Source: Octopus sinensis (lineage: Eukaryota). From it: 64,000 nt of DNA. A program made the translations under genes and the position numbers. This document shows, piece after piece, positions 1 through 11,891 of this stretch (the stretch's first letter is position 1; every line of letters begins with the position of its first letter). Location of the stretch: contig NC_042998.1 in assembly GCF_006345805.1 (NCBI RefSeq), positions 48,484,001-48,548,000 of the forward strand, written 5' to 3'. A model generated the notes under the pieces. It searched no databases. It was not told the origin of the DNA and saw only the letters and a program-made list of their open reading frames with translations.

Positions 1-354
1 GAATTTCGTACATAAATTAGTTCAGACGCAGCTCAACCATCTGTAAAATATTTTCAGCTGACTGCATTATAGGATTTGATGGAGTATGGAATGTGGAAGG
101 ACCTGATAGGAGCATTGACTTCGATTTTCAGTCTCAGACGATTCAGAGCTGAAGCATATTTGTAGGAAATTAATAGTTAGCATAAACGAGAGTACGATAT
201 GGCTATTTAACTAATTTGTATAATTAGAAAGATTATTGAGCCTAAGTCAAAAGAAATTATGATACAGTAATAAGTGCTTCTAATACAAACGGACACAAGA
301 CTAAAAACTTGAGGAAGGGTTAACTCGATTAAATCATCGCTAGTACTTGACTAG

Positions 355-590
355 TCTATTATATAAAATCCGTCTGTCAGTCTGTGTATCTTCTAGGATC
401 TCGGGCATCCTCCATCCGATTGCGCTCAAATTTGATATGTAGATACCGACGGTATCAGGGCGTATATCAGTTTTGAAAAAATTACAAAAATCGATTCCAG
501 GTGAGAATGCGATCGATAAAGACGTGGGAACGTGCATTTGTACGCGCAAGTACATCAGTCGAAATCTGTTTTTTGCTGGTGTCTCAAATT
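355..590 (+). mobile_element. Possible Helitron-like non-autonomous element, 5' portion
   Basis: Begins TCTATTATATAAAATCCGTCTGTC followed by ccgattgcgctcaaatttgatatg, a 5' motif style typical of non-autonomous Helitrons. No 3' hairpin/CTRR end found. Confidence 0.35.
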
Positions 591-882
591 TAGGTTAAAT
601 CAGTGTTTCTCAAAGGGGAGGCCTATGGGACGATCGGACAAGTTGTTTTGAGAAAATTTGGTTTAAATATTTGACAACTCAGCACTGTCCATTGGACGAG
701 GGACGTTTTGCTCGTATTGTATATTTATCGACTCCTAGGGAAGGGAGGTGAAGGCAAATATGACGTGTGATTTGAACTCGAGACAGAAAACTCCGGAGCA
801 AAATTCCACAGGGCAGCTTGTTCAACACTCTATTCTTCCAATCCACCCCTCCTTTTTCTAATAAAGTAATAATTTCTCAGTA

Positions 883-1009
883 TATAAAGGGGTGCTGAAA
901 AGTTCCTGACTTCGGATAAAAGAAAATACTGGAGGACCAGTTATGATTTAATTCAACATCTCAGATATACACACTTATTGCTACGATCCTTCAGTTTTTC
1001 TAAGCCCTG
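883..1009 (+). mobile_element. Tc1/mariner-type MITE, left end only
   Basis: TA followed by aaggggtgctgaaaagttcctgactt resembles a mariner TIR. The matching right TIR is absent and the sequence switches abruptly to 18S rRNA at about 1007. Confidence 0.5.
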
Positions 1010-1262
1010 AGATGCCCTTAGATGTCCGGGGCCGCACGCGCGCTACACTGGAGGTATCAGCGGGCGCATCTCTCCCGGCCCGAGAGGGTCGGGAAACCTC
1101 TGAACGACATCCCGTGATAGGGATCGGGTCCTGGAACCAACCCCCGTGAACTAAGAATTCCCGGTAGGCACGGGTCATCAGCCTGCGTCGATCAGGTCCC
1201 TGCCCTTTGTAAACATCGCCCGTCGCTATTACCGATCGGTGAGGTCCTCGGATCCGGCCGAC
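1007..1262 (+). rRNA. Isolated 18S (SSU) rRNA 3'-region fragment, pseudogenic
   Basis: gatgcccttagatgtccggggccgcacgcgcgctacactg ... gtccctgccctttgtaaacatcgcccgtcgctattaccgat ... gtgaggtcctcggat matches conserved SSU 3' motifs. The universal TGTACACACCGCCCGTC carries 2 substitutions, and about 8 nt are missing after accgat. Confidence 0.92.
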
Positions 1263-1265
1263 GAG

Positions 1266-1482
1266 TCTACCCACAAGGGGCTAAATACAGAGAGGACAAA
1301 CAAGGACAGACAAACGGATTAAGTCGATTATATCGACCTCAGTGCGTAACTGGTACTTATTTAGTCGACCCCGAAAGGATGAAAGGCAAAGTCGACCTCG
1401 GCAGAATTTGAACTCAGAACGTAGCTGCAGACGAAATACCATTTCGCCAGGCGTGCTAACGTTTCTGCCAGCTCGCCACCCT
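1266..1482 (-). mobile_element. tRNA-derived SINE family A (head ggcggcgagctggcagaa; core gtcgactttgcctttcatcctttcggggtcgat)
   Basis: Reverse complement of the family seen many times in the window. It has an A-box (tggcagaaacgttag) and a B-box (gagttcaaattcc). More diverged copies lie at about 1900-2095, 2845-2965, 19320-19475, 20610-20760, 38225-38385 and 40222-40440. Confidence 0.85.
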
Positions 1483-3823
1483 CTCGTAGGATAAAATATT
1501 GACAGACATAAGTGGGTTCAGTTCACAGTTGTGGATTACCTCCAAACCAGCCATGGCAGAGAAAACCGATGATCAAAAACATTTGCTCTATGACCATCCT
1601 GTTTAATCACAAGTATGGGTTAGACCACGTTTTCGAATACGTTCTTACCTTTCCCAAGACGGTATGGTGTAGTTTGATGACTACTTGACTGCTATTTCTA
1701 GCAGATCGAGCGAACTATAAAGGCTCTCTTGTTTTGTTAAGTTAATAGTGGAAGCAACAGATAAGCCAGAATTTAAACTGTTTTACGCCAAATAGTACAA
1801 CAAAGGAGAGGCTAAAAACTGGTCTTGAAATTACATAGTATTCAATTCGATGATCTACCACCTCGTCCTTCTCCACCGCTTCTACACCAGGAAAATTGGC
1901 ACAAGTCCATAAACTAGGTAAAAAGGGGGACAATCGATTATATCGACCACAGTGTCTTAATAGTACATTTTTTAAAAATCCAATCGGGAATGATGAAAGG
2001 CAAAATTGATCTCGGCATGATCTGAACTCAGAACGCAAAGAGCCAAAACAAATACTACAAGGTATTGTAACTGACACTCAAACGATTCTGCCAATCACAA
2101 AAGAAAATAGGAAATTCAATTATTGTAACTTGGATCAAGATCAATATTTGGTATTGAAGATATATGGTCGATTGAATGTATCCATGTATATACCTAGTAG
2201 TCATTTTATCAACTCAGAAGTGAGAGTTAGGATCTGTTAGAATGTAGAATAATGAGACTAACTATTGTAACGTATCTATTCAGCTCTTCTTAAGTGTCAA
2301 TCAACGCCACTGATAAATTGATAATATTATTGACTGTATAGAAAATGTTATTCTGAAAATAGTGGAGATTATTGAACTGTAACCGATAACAGGAGATATT
2401 ATTAATGATTGTGGTAAGAGGTTCTCGTAATGTTACTAATGCTTTATATATTTCGTTCAAAAAACTATGTGAGATACTTTATAAGTAGTTTTTTCACTAT
2501 GAATTTTACTGGAAATATAATCGATCTAGTCTAACTGCAACTGTAATATGTAAATGAGTTGAATAGGTCTCCAGTGTCTAATTCGGCATGACACTTCGAT
2601 GCGTTGAAAAACGGCCTAAAACATTAAATATATTTCGTTATATATATATTTTTTATATTCTGCGTCAGTTTAGATTCTAAGAATGCAGAACAAGAATTAA
2701 ATACGAATAAATTTATTCTGAAAGTTAATACTTGTTTCGTTTTGGAGATATTGCTTTAGCTGTATAACAGGTGAAATCATCTCGAAAAAACCCGAATAAC
2801 ATGCTCCACTAAGAGTAAAAAAAATGATTAGCACAAAGGCATCAATTTTCACATAGAAAGCAAGTCGATTACATCGAACCCAGCAAAATCGACCACGGCG
2901 GAATTGAAAACTAGAAAATAAAGAGTCGGAGGAAACGTTGGTAAGCATTTTGTCCGACTCACTAACCACTCTACGAGTTCGCTGCTTAACTATTAATAAA
3001 AGCAAACTAATACTTGCTATTTTAACAATCTTTTTAGTAAATCTTAACTTAACTCTCTTCTTGTAGGTAAGATCACAATTAATTAATATCAATAATATAC
3101 AAGTATATTGGCGACCAGTGTATGAACAACAACATCTTATCATAACCAAGGAAATAAGTGAGAACATACTTCAAAATTCATCTTTTTGTGGGTATTTTTC
3201 TTTTGTAAATATTAATTACGTTGTATAATAAAACAAATTTTCAGATGGGCAATGCAGTTAAACCCTGTATTATATTGATATTTATTGAACCCGCAAAAAT
3301 AAAGGTGAATAAAAAATCGAACTAATTTGGAACATGTACTCGAAAACAAGTGTTGAAATTGGATATTTGAATATACTTTATTCGATACTTCCCTTTTTAT
3401 GGCATCTCAGCCATAGTGAAAATATATTTATAAAACATGGCTATAGTTGATTAAACAAACTTAAATATAGGGAGATTTAAGCGCCCCCTAACCAAATCAT
3501 GAATGCATGCATTTCGGAGTAGTTACCTCCTCTTAGTACTGATACTAGAAAGAGAAACATTATGAACTGATAAGAAACAAATCTTATTATATTCCCCTCG
3601 TCGTACTGTGGTTAGTTGCGCTAATCGGCGGCTTGCCTGCATATAGAACATGGAATAGAAGCGCTAAGCAGTGGTGTGTACAAATACAAATTTGTTACAA
3701 GTTCAAATACGCTTGAAGCATATTCGAGCTCATAAGAAAGTCATTTACTGTATTTTGTTATGGAGAAATCGCCCATTGTAGACAACTAAGAAGTAAGCAC
3801 AAGAAGTCAATTCGAAGCGCCCC

Positions 3824-3860
<37 letters not shown>

Positions 3861-3865
<5 letters not shown>

Positions 3866-5148
3866 TTGCGATTGGTAAATTGTCACATTTTTATATTTTT
3901 AATTTTGTGCATGCAGTTTTTTTTTTATTTTTATTTTGTCGACTACACAGTATTGTAGGGTCAGTTGGGCACCATCTATGAGAAAAACAGCACCATGACA
4001 CTATTAACTCTGCCAGAAATTTTGAAACGACATGCTGTACTGCTTGGCATTCGCGCGGAAGCTCCAATACGAACATTTCAGAGAGTTTGGATGTCAATCT
4101 GAGGGCAGAGCAGAGTTGGATGAGTTTAAAGGTGATTACGAAGGTACGGCAGCTCGGAAAACTCACTCTGATCGTTCTGATAAGAAAAGAACTCCTGAAT
4201 TTGTTGGTGAGATCCAGGCCATGATTGTCAATGATCCCTCTAAGTCAGGCAGGTCCATCGTCAGGAATATAGGAGTGTTTGAGTTTCTTATCAAGCAGGT
4301 AGTGCATGAAGACATTCGGTATTCCTCATACAAGATGAGAAAGGGAAAATTTTTATCCCAAGCCATCAAAGACAAGAGGAAAGACAGTGCTACGAAGCTT
4401 TTGAACAAACTCAAGCATCCTCTCCAACAGAACGTTTTGGTTTTCTCAGATGAGAAACATTTCTGCGAGGATCAGATGGTGAACACACAGAACAACTGTT
4501 GGCTTGCCGCGTCCCCAAAACATGTACGGAGAGTGATAAAAATCAAGCAGACAGTCAACATCATGATGTTTAGAGTGATCACTAGTGATGGCGACGTCAT
4601 GGATCCGTTCATCTTCCCACACAGCCTCTGAGTCAACACGGAGGCCTACATCAAGTGCCTGGAAGAGGTACTGTTACCCTGGGTGAAGAGGGTGGCTGCT
4701 AGAAGACCTTATGTCTGGCAACAGGACTCTGCACCATGTCACACAGGCAGGAGATTCCTCCCATGGCTGTCAGACAATTTTTTCGACCACATCACCCCTA
4801 ACATCTCGCCATCTAACTCCCCAGACTGCAACCCCCTTGATTATTATGTGGGTCACAGTTGATCGAGAGACCAAAACACCTTGTAACACCAAAGATGAAC
4901 GGAAGGCAAGAATTATGGCGGCATTCACCAACTTAAACAAGAAGACCGTCTAGAAGAGTTACAGGAGATTCCGAAGTCGCTTGGAGGCTGTGGTTGAAGC
5001 CGATGGCGATTTTTAAAATTAAATTTATTCTTTAGTATTTCAAGATATCTTTATGTAATTTCGATAAATATATCTGTTAAAATGATATGTCAGTGTTATT
5101 TTCACTTTTGCGTAACTTAGACGACAATTCATTCACCGCACCCTGTAC
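3861..5148 (+). mobile_element. Tc1/mariner superfamily DD37D (maT-type) DNA transposon, about 1.29 kb
   Basis: Imperfect TIRs (taggttgcgattggtaaattgtc ... gacaattcattcaccgcaccctgta) flanked by TA/(TA)n and (CA)n, enclosing a transposase remnant. Confidence 0.88.
3995..5016 (+). pseudogene. DD37D transposase pseudogene
   Basis: Motifs VFSDEK ... WQQDSAPCH ... SPDCNPLDYY are present, with 37 residues counted between the second and third Asp. There are frameshifts near 4070 and 4850 and an in-frame TGA at 4629-4631. Confidence 0.9.
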
Positions 5149-5619
5149 ACACACATACACACACACACACACATAAAACACACACACACATACACACATA
5201 CACACACACAGCGGATGAGAGAGGAATTCACTAAAACAGCAGGTTTTATGTCTTGTTATGAAAGGTTTTTCATTTAGCGACTAGAATCAAATATAACAGT
5301 TGTTTACAATTTCACTTATCATGTGTACTTCTGTGGAAATGACATCTATATTTTGCATAATGTTTGGACAGCGGGGCATATCCTTTATTAGTTATCACCT
5401 TATGATCACAAAGGTTTTGGTCACCACAACCAGAGGCCCACCTTTTATCTATTTATTGTTATCCATGCAATCAACACACCGAAAGAATAAAAGGAATAAT
5501 AAAATGATACGGAAGACATACACATATATGCTCAAACACTTGCAAACATACTCACTAATACACACGCGCGCGCATATGCACAGATGTATGCGTTCGTGGA
5601 TTGCAGTGCAAGCCAAACA

Positions 5620-5700
5620 TTGATTTTATTAACTGTATATACATACATGTATACAGACATATACATAAATATTTGGGCAAATGCACACGCAGCACGCTAT

Positions 5701-5744
<44 letters not shown>

Positions 5745-5812
5745 AATATATATATTATATATATATATATAGTGTATATTATATATATATAATATATATT
5801 ATATTATATATG

Positions 5813-5843
<31 letters not shown>

Positions 5844-6320
5844 GTATAGTGTATAATATATATATATAATGTTGTGTGTGGTGTGTGTGTACAATATACA
5901 TATTTCATATATATATATATATATAATATATACACATATACATATATTCATTATATATACATAATATATTCAAATAATTATATATATATATATATATACG
6001 TATACATATATATAATTCATGTATATATTCATATATATATATTCATATATATATATTATATATATATATATATCTATATATATATATATATATATAATTA
6101 TATATATATATATGTAATATGTATATATATATATATATATGTTGTGTGTGTGTGTGTGTGTGCCATATATACATATATTCATATATTATATAATATATAT
6201 ATTATACAACATATCTACATTATTCATTATTATTACATATATATTATTCAAATATATAATATATATATATATATACGTATATATATATATTCATGTATAT
6301 ATTCATATATATATATTCAT

Positions 6321-6385
<65 letters not shown>

Positions 6386-6386
6386 T

Positions 6387-6465
<79 letters not shown>

Positions 6466-6475
6466 CACACACAAA
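5620..6475. repeat. Complex (TA)n/(TG)n microsatellite with an internal ~270-bp higher-order duplication
   Basis: The blocks atgttgtgtgtg and tatacgtata...ttcatgtatatattcat occur at about 5868/6138 and about 5995/6273. Confidence 0.85.
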
Positions 6476-6916
6476 TTTAGGAAATGAAGTAGGTAAGATC
6501 CAACCTATATGTTTCCTAGCTAGCAGAACCTCGGAGGTAGTAATTACTCAACGAGTAGTACTCCGCTAACTACACATCAAGTCAAAGATACCTTATATAT
6601 CCGTGTGTGTATGTGTGTGTTTAGAAAAATTGCGATACATACAAACCGCAGTTAGCGCTGTACGTTTCCTATAGACGTTGGTTAGGGGCATTCTCAGCAG
6701 TGGGTATACATAGTACACTTAGATGCAGGTCCACAACAGTTTATCTAAATTCATCTAAGTTTAGCTTCTAATCTAAGTTCTCCTGCAGAACAATATTCAG
6801 TATTACATTATGTTGACGCTGACCAAGTGTGTATATGTGTCTACATACATATATATATATATCGTGCACACACACACACATACACACACACACAGAGGTG
6901 TGTATGAGTATGTATA

Positions 6917-7306
6917 CTCTTTTACTTGTTTCTGTCATTTGACTGTGACCATGCTGGAGCACCCCTTTAGTCGAGCACATCGACCCCGGGACTTATTCTT
7001 TGTAAACCTAGTACTTATTCCATCAGTCTCTTTTGCCGAACCGCTAGGTTACGGGGATGTAAACACACCAGCATCGGTTGTCAAGCGATGTTGGGGGGAC
7101 AAACACAGATACACAAACATATACACACACATACATACATATATACGACGGGCTTCTTTCAGTTTCCGTCTACCAAATCCACTTACAAGGCTTTGGTTAG
7201 CCCGAGGCTATAGTAGAAGACACTTGCCCTAGGTGTCACGCAGTGGAACTGAACCCGGAACCATGTGGTTGGTAAGAAAGCTACTTACCACACAGCCACT
7301 CGTCCG

Positions 7307-7309
<3 letters not shown>
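6917..7309 (-). mobile_element. tRNA-derived SINE family C, full length (internal TA/TG tract; L2-like tail ccagcatggccacagtcaaatgactgaaacaagtaaaagag)
   Basis: Same family at 21127-21497(-), 30700-30985(+), 32005-32440(+), 34028-34190(-), 41370-42170(+, interrupted), 55735-55895(-) and 62520-62665(+). Confidence 0.85.
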
Positions 7310-7377
<68 letters not shown>

Positions 7378-7389
7378 ATATATATATAT

Positions 7390-7475
<86 letters not shown>

Positions 7476-8035
7476 TCTGACGTACCTGTGTCCCGGACAG
7501 GTGGTTGTGTGGTGGAGTTGGAGGAGAAAGAATATCTACACCACAGAATCCTGAAGACATGCCTTATGAACCTACGACCCAGGAAGGGCAACTCTATTTT
7601 CTGTCAATACTCTACACTTAGTAGTCTTATGCATATAATTCTTTTTCTAGAACTGGAACTCGAAGTACATATAGAGCCATGTATCTACATCTGTAAACAT
7701 GACCGCCTATCTAAACGGGATTTTGAACCCAATATTTACATGCTGTTATTTGTTGGAAATAGCAGTCGATAACTGTACGACGCTAAGTAAAGCTTCAATG
7801 AATGTATAGAGGCAAAAATGCGTGAGGGCGACGAACATAAAAATATTTCGTCTTACCTCTAGGAGAAACGCCAGAGAAAGGAACAACCTTGTACTTGAGT
7901 TTCGGACTTTCAGTGAAGCTTTACATAGCGCTATTCCAGGCTTATCGCAGGAAAATAATAATATTACAGTTCTATATTTAAGAGATGAGGAATTATGAAC
8001 ATTTACATTTGACGGATATTTGTCCTGATCTTGTT

Positions 8036-8083
8036 AACACAACGTTTCGGCTGATATACTCTCCAGCCTTCATCAGGTGTCTT
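8036..8083 (-). ncRNA. Minimal type I hammerhead ribozyme, intact core
   Basis: Minus strand reads gacac CTGATGA a GGCTG-gagagtatat-CAGCC GAAA CG TT gtgtt. Stems I and II pair, and stem III is the palindromic ACGT type. Confidence 0.85.
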
Positions 8084-8159
8084 GGGGAAATTTCGAATCT
8101 AGGTTCTCGTTCCTAAGGTATTTTTCGTTGTTGTTGTCGTCACTATTATTATTTTTCAA

Positions 8160-8229
8160 GTCACTGCCTGGAATCGAACTCAGAACATGGGTTAGTAGCC
8201 CGCGCTCTTAACCACTAGGCCATATGCCC
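8160..8229 (-). promoter_or_regulatory. tRNA-like Pol III type-2 promoter cassette inside the PLE pseudo-LTR
   Basis: gggcata TGGCCTAGTGGTTAAG agcgcgggctactaacccatgttct GAGTTCGATTCC aggcagtgac has A and B boxes at tRNA spacing. A second copy at 10256-10316(+) has a partly deleted B box. Confidence 0.7.
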
Positions 8230-8526
8230 GTGGGCAATTATGGAGTGAATTTTTTAGGGTTTATAAATCTAATATTTTTCTATCCATTCTTAATACCGGT
8301 TCCCATATGTTATTCATATCAGCACTCGGCCTGCTTAGAAGGTTGTTGTGCCCTCGCATATGTGCTGCTTCTTTTAGTTTTCGTATTTTCCAGTGGTGTT
8401 CTCTGTCTATTATTTTAACTTCATCCCACAGGTATGGTTTCCTCCTCTCTTTTCTTCATAATTGGTGAAGATGGTATGTTTTGGGGGTAGTTTTGCTTAA
8501 TAGATTGTTACTGAGCTTGATCATTT

Positions 8527-10176
8527 CCCAAACCAAACATCACTAAGGAAGAAAAGTTCGCTATCAGAGGACTACAGAGTGACAATTCCATAGTAATACT
8601 TCCGGCGGACAAAGGAAATGCTACAGTGGTGATGAACAAGTCTGACTACTCGGAAAAACTGGCAAGTCTTATAAAGGATGGAAGCTACAGCAAAGTAAAG
8701 AAAGACCCAACTCTGAAAACAGAGAGGAAATTGTCAAAGATCTTGATCAAGAACATGGATCACTTTACACCAATGAAGTACAGACAACTGATTCAACACT
8801 ACAGTAAACTACCACACATATACGGTCTCCCTAAGATTCACAAGGATGGTTTTCCATTTAGACCTTTAGTGAGCTGTAGAGGTTCAGCATATCATCCACT
8901 GAGCCGCTTCCTTGTGGATATAATCAGTCCATTAGCAGAAAAGTCAACATCGTGCGTGAAAAATTCCACCCACTTCACAGAATTGATCAAGGATACCCCC
9001 ATTGAATCCAACCAGATAGTGAGTCTAGATATGATATGTCTGTTCAACAAAGTCCCAACTGGTGAAGCACTATCGGTGATTCAAGAAAAACTACTGACAG
9101 ACACCCATCTAAAAGAACATACTAGTATACCAATAAAAAACTTGATGGAAATGTCGACCTTCTGTGTTGAAACTACCTGTTTCAGTATGGACAATGAGAT
9201 ATATCGACAAGAAGAGGGTTTAGCTATGGACTCGCCTTTATCACTGATAATAGCCAATATATACATGGAATATTTTGAGAATTTGGCTTTAGGATCAACA
9301 CCATTAAAACCAACCCTATGGCTGCGAGATGTTGATGACACCTTCATACTCTGGCTCCACCAGGAAGATGTCCAAGTGCTGTTAGATCATGTAAACTCAA
9401 TAAAGCCATCCATACAGTTCACAATGGAAAAGGAAAGAGACAATCAGGTAGCATTCCTGGACGTATTAATAACACGCACCAAGTATGGATTCAGGAAATC
9501 CGTATACCGCAAGTCGACCTTCACTGGACGATACCTTAACTTCAATTTCCACCATCCATTCCGTATAAAGAGAGGAATTGCTCAGTGCCTAAAACATCGA
9601 GCAAAGAATATAAGTAGCAATCATGATACCCACCACGAAGAAATGATCAAGCTCGGTAACAATCTATTATTCAACAACTACCCCCAAAACATACTATCCA
9701 CTCCAATTATGAAGAAAAGAGAGGATGAAACCAATAAACTGTCTACAGTCTGTCTACCCTATGTGAAAATCCTCTCCGAAAAGATACAAAAGATATGCCG
9801 CCCATTTGACATCAGCACAATATTCAAAAGTAATACAATACTTCGCAAATATTCCCTCTTGGTAAAACCACCAATAGAAGAGAATATGACCAAAAACTGC
9901 GTGTACTCCATCCCATACAGTTGTGGTAGGTTATACAAAGGCGAAACATGCCGCCCCCTCAAAATTAGGGTAGACGAATATTGCAAAGCTGTGACACGAG
10001 GAGATATTGATAAATCGGGTATAGCTGATCATGTAAGGAAAAATGGAGACCACCTCCCCTTGTGGGATGAAGTTAAAATAATAGATAGAGAACACCACCG
10101 GAAACAACGAAAACTAAAAGAAGCAGCACATATGCTAGGACACAACAACCTCCTAAGCAGACCGAGTGCTGATTGA
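8527..10176 (+). CDS. Penelope-like reverse transcriptase + GIY-YIG endonuclease, N-truncated and probably inactive
   Basis: The frame is open from 8527: PNITKEEK..IVILPADKGNATVVM, IYGLPKIHK, RPLVS, GLAMDSPLS (normally GxxMGSPLS), WLRDVDDTF (normally YVDD), FLDVLI, VYRKSTFTGRYLNF, and CVYSIPYSCGRLYKGETCRPLKIRVDEY (GIY-YIG). A 1-nt deletion near the C-terminus creates the stop. Confidence 0.92.
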   Translation, partial: PKPNITKEEKFAIRGLQSDNSIVILPADKGNATVVMNKSDYSEKLASLIKDGSYSKVKKDPTLKTERKLSKILIKNMDHFTPMKYRQLIQHYSKLPHIYGLPKIHKDGFPFRPLVSCRGSAYHPLSRFLVDIISPLAEKSTSCVKNSTHFTELIKDTPIESNQIVSLDMICLFNKVPTGEALSVIQEKLLTDTHLKEHTSIPIKNLMEMSTFCVETTCFSMDNEIYRQEEGLAMDSPLSLIIANIYMEYFENLALGSTPLKPTLWLRDVDDTFILWLHQEDVQVLLDHVNSIKPSIQFTMEKERDNQVAFLDVLITRTKYGFRKSVYRKSTFTGRYLNFNFHHPFRIKRGIAQCLKHRAKNISSNHDTHHEEMIKLGNNLLFNNYPQNILSTPIMKKREDETNKLSTVCLPYVKILSEKIQKICRPFDISTIFKSNTILRKYSLLVKPPIEENMTKNCVYSIPYSCGRLYKGETCRPLKIRVDEYCKAVTRGDIDKSGIADHVRKNGDHLPLWDEVKIIDREHHRKQRKLKEAAHMLGHNNLLSRPSAD

Positions 10177-10397
10177 GTAGCATATGGGAACCGGTATTAA
10201 GGAAGGATTGGAAAATATATTTATAAGCCCTAAAATTCACTTCATAATGGCCCACAGGCATATGGCGTAGTGGTTATGAGCGCGGGCTACCAACCACAAG
10301 ATTCCAGGCAGTGACCTGAATAATAACAATAATAATAATAATAATAATAACATCGAAAAATACTGTAGGAATGAGAGCTCAGGTTCGAAATTTCCCC

Positions 10398-10445
10398 AAG
10401 ACACATGATGAAGGCTGGAGGGTATATCAACCGAAACGCTGTGTT
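10398..10445 (+). ncRNA. Degenerate hammerhead ribozyme (3' pseudo-LTR copy)
   Basis: gacac ATGATGA aggctg...caacc GAAA CG CT gtgtt: C3>A and U16.1>C relative to the 8036 copy. Confidence 0.7.
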
Positions 10446-10523
10446 TAAAACAAACAAGATGAGGACAAATATTCGTCAATTGCAAATAATACTATTGTAT
10501 TGTAATAACATTTATAATTTTAT

Positions 10524-10562
<39 letters not shown>

Positions 10563-11032
10563 AATAAATTAAATAAACAGACAGCTATTTAATAAACACT
10601 ACACCTGTTTCAATACAACATAGATCCACATATACACAGGATTTAAATTAAGCAACGGTTTACCTGTATAATGGGATCCAGTTGTATCTCCTCAGGTGAT
10701 ATATAATCGCTGTCCCCATAAGTAAATGTTTGACTTTGATGCTAACACATTTAACTGTATGTATATAGCTCAGTGGTTAGAGTGTCAGGCTCGCAACCAT
10801 GAGTTCCAGTTCAATTACTAAACAGGGCTGCGAGTTGTGTTCTTGAGTAAAACACTTTATTTATGTAGCTCCAATTCACTCAGCTGTAGAAATGAGTTGC
10901 GACGTCTCTGGTGCTAGGCTGTATCGGCCTTTGCCTTTTCCTTGGACAACATCGGTGACGTGGAGAGAGGAGGCTGGTATTCATGGGCGATTGATGGCTT
11001 TCCATAAACGACCTTAGTCCTTCTCTATATAT

Positions 11033-11258
11033 ACAGGGTTGGTCAAAAGTCACCTGACAGTAAATCAACATTCGATAAATATAATATTTATGTAATTCTG
11101 TATCGACTCGAATGGGAAAATGTGTCGCTCAAGAAAGACTTCAGTTTGAACAATTTTCATGATGTTTCATATTTAGATGCTTTTATTAAATTTATTCAGT
11201 TGTTAAGCATAAATAAATCTTGGAGTTAATGGTTTTCATTTACTGTCAGGTGTCTTTA
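11033..11258. mobile_element. Tc1/mariner-type MITE, right TIR truncated
   Basis: tacagggttggtcaaaagtcacctgacagtaaa ... tttactgtcaggtgtcttt form an inverted pair. Confidence 0.6.
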
Positions 11259-11316
11259 TATAAGTATATAATATATATATCTATATATATATATATTATT
11301 ATATATATATATATAG

Positions 11317-11349
<33 letters not shown>

Positions 11350-11846
11350 ATATATATATTATATACTTATATATACATAGAAAGGGAGAGTGAGAGAGAA
11401 AATGAACTAGTAGTTCGATCGACATGCGATGGAAAACACTTACAATATAATTTCCAGTTCATTATACTTGGAGTTCTAATCCTGCTGAGGCTAACTTTCC
11501 ATTTCAGCAGCATGGTGTCGATAAATAAAATATTATGACAATGTTGGCCGGAATCGTTTGGACAGTGGACGTGATGCCCTACAGTATCTGTTTCCACTTT
11601 GTAGTTTGACAACATCGGTGCCAATCTGTAAGGCACTACATTTCCCGAGTACAATACAGACGATGCGAAAGTAAGGAGATTCACATGCCTGAGAAACTGC
11701 TGGTCTTCTACAAAAAAAAATTCGTCTAGGAAATTAGAGTGGAATTTCTCGAAATTTACACACACACACACAAATACATACATATATATATATATATTAT
11801 ATACATACCTACATACATACATATTCATATATATACATACATATTC

Positions 11847-11891
<45 letters not shown>

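Larger units (their letters stand above)
7967..10490 (+). mobile_element. Penelope-like element, 5'-truncated, with inverted 5' pseudo-LTR (7967-8527) and 3' pseudo-LTR (about 10071-10490)
   Basis: 7967-8527 is the reverse complement of 10071-10490 joined to 9640-9735 (internal ~340-bp deletion). Manual alignment gave about 11 differences in about 140 coding nt. An RT + GIY-YIG ORF lies between the two repeats. Confidence 0.92.

Noticed and set aside
981-1274. 97-aa minus-strand ORF
   Set aside because: It is the antisense of the 18S rRNA fragment.
5601-6487. Numerous YIYI/HTHT/CVCV/MYVC ORFs here and throughout the window
   Set aside because: They are translations of (TA)n, (CA)n, (TG)n and (TATG)n microsatellites, not genes.
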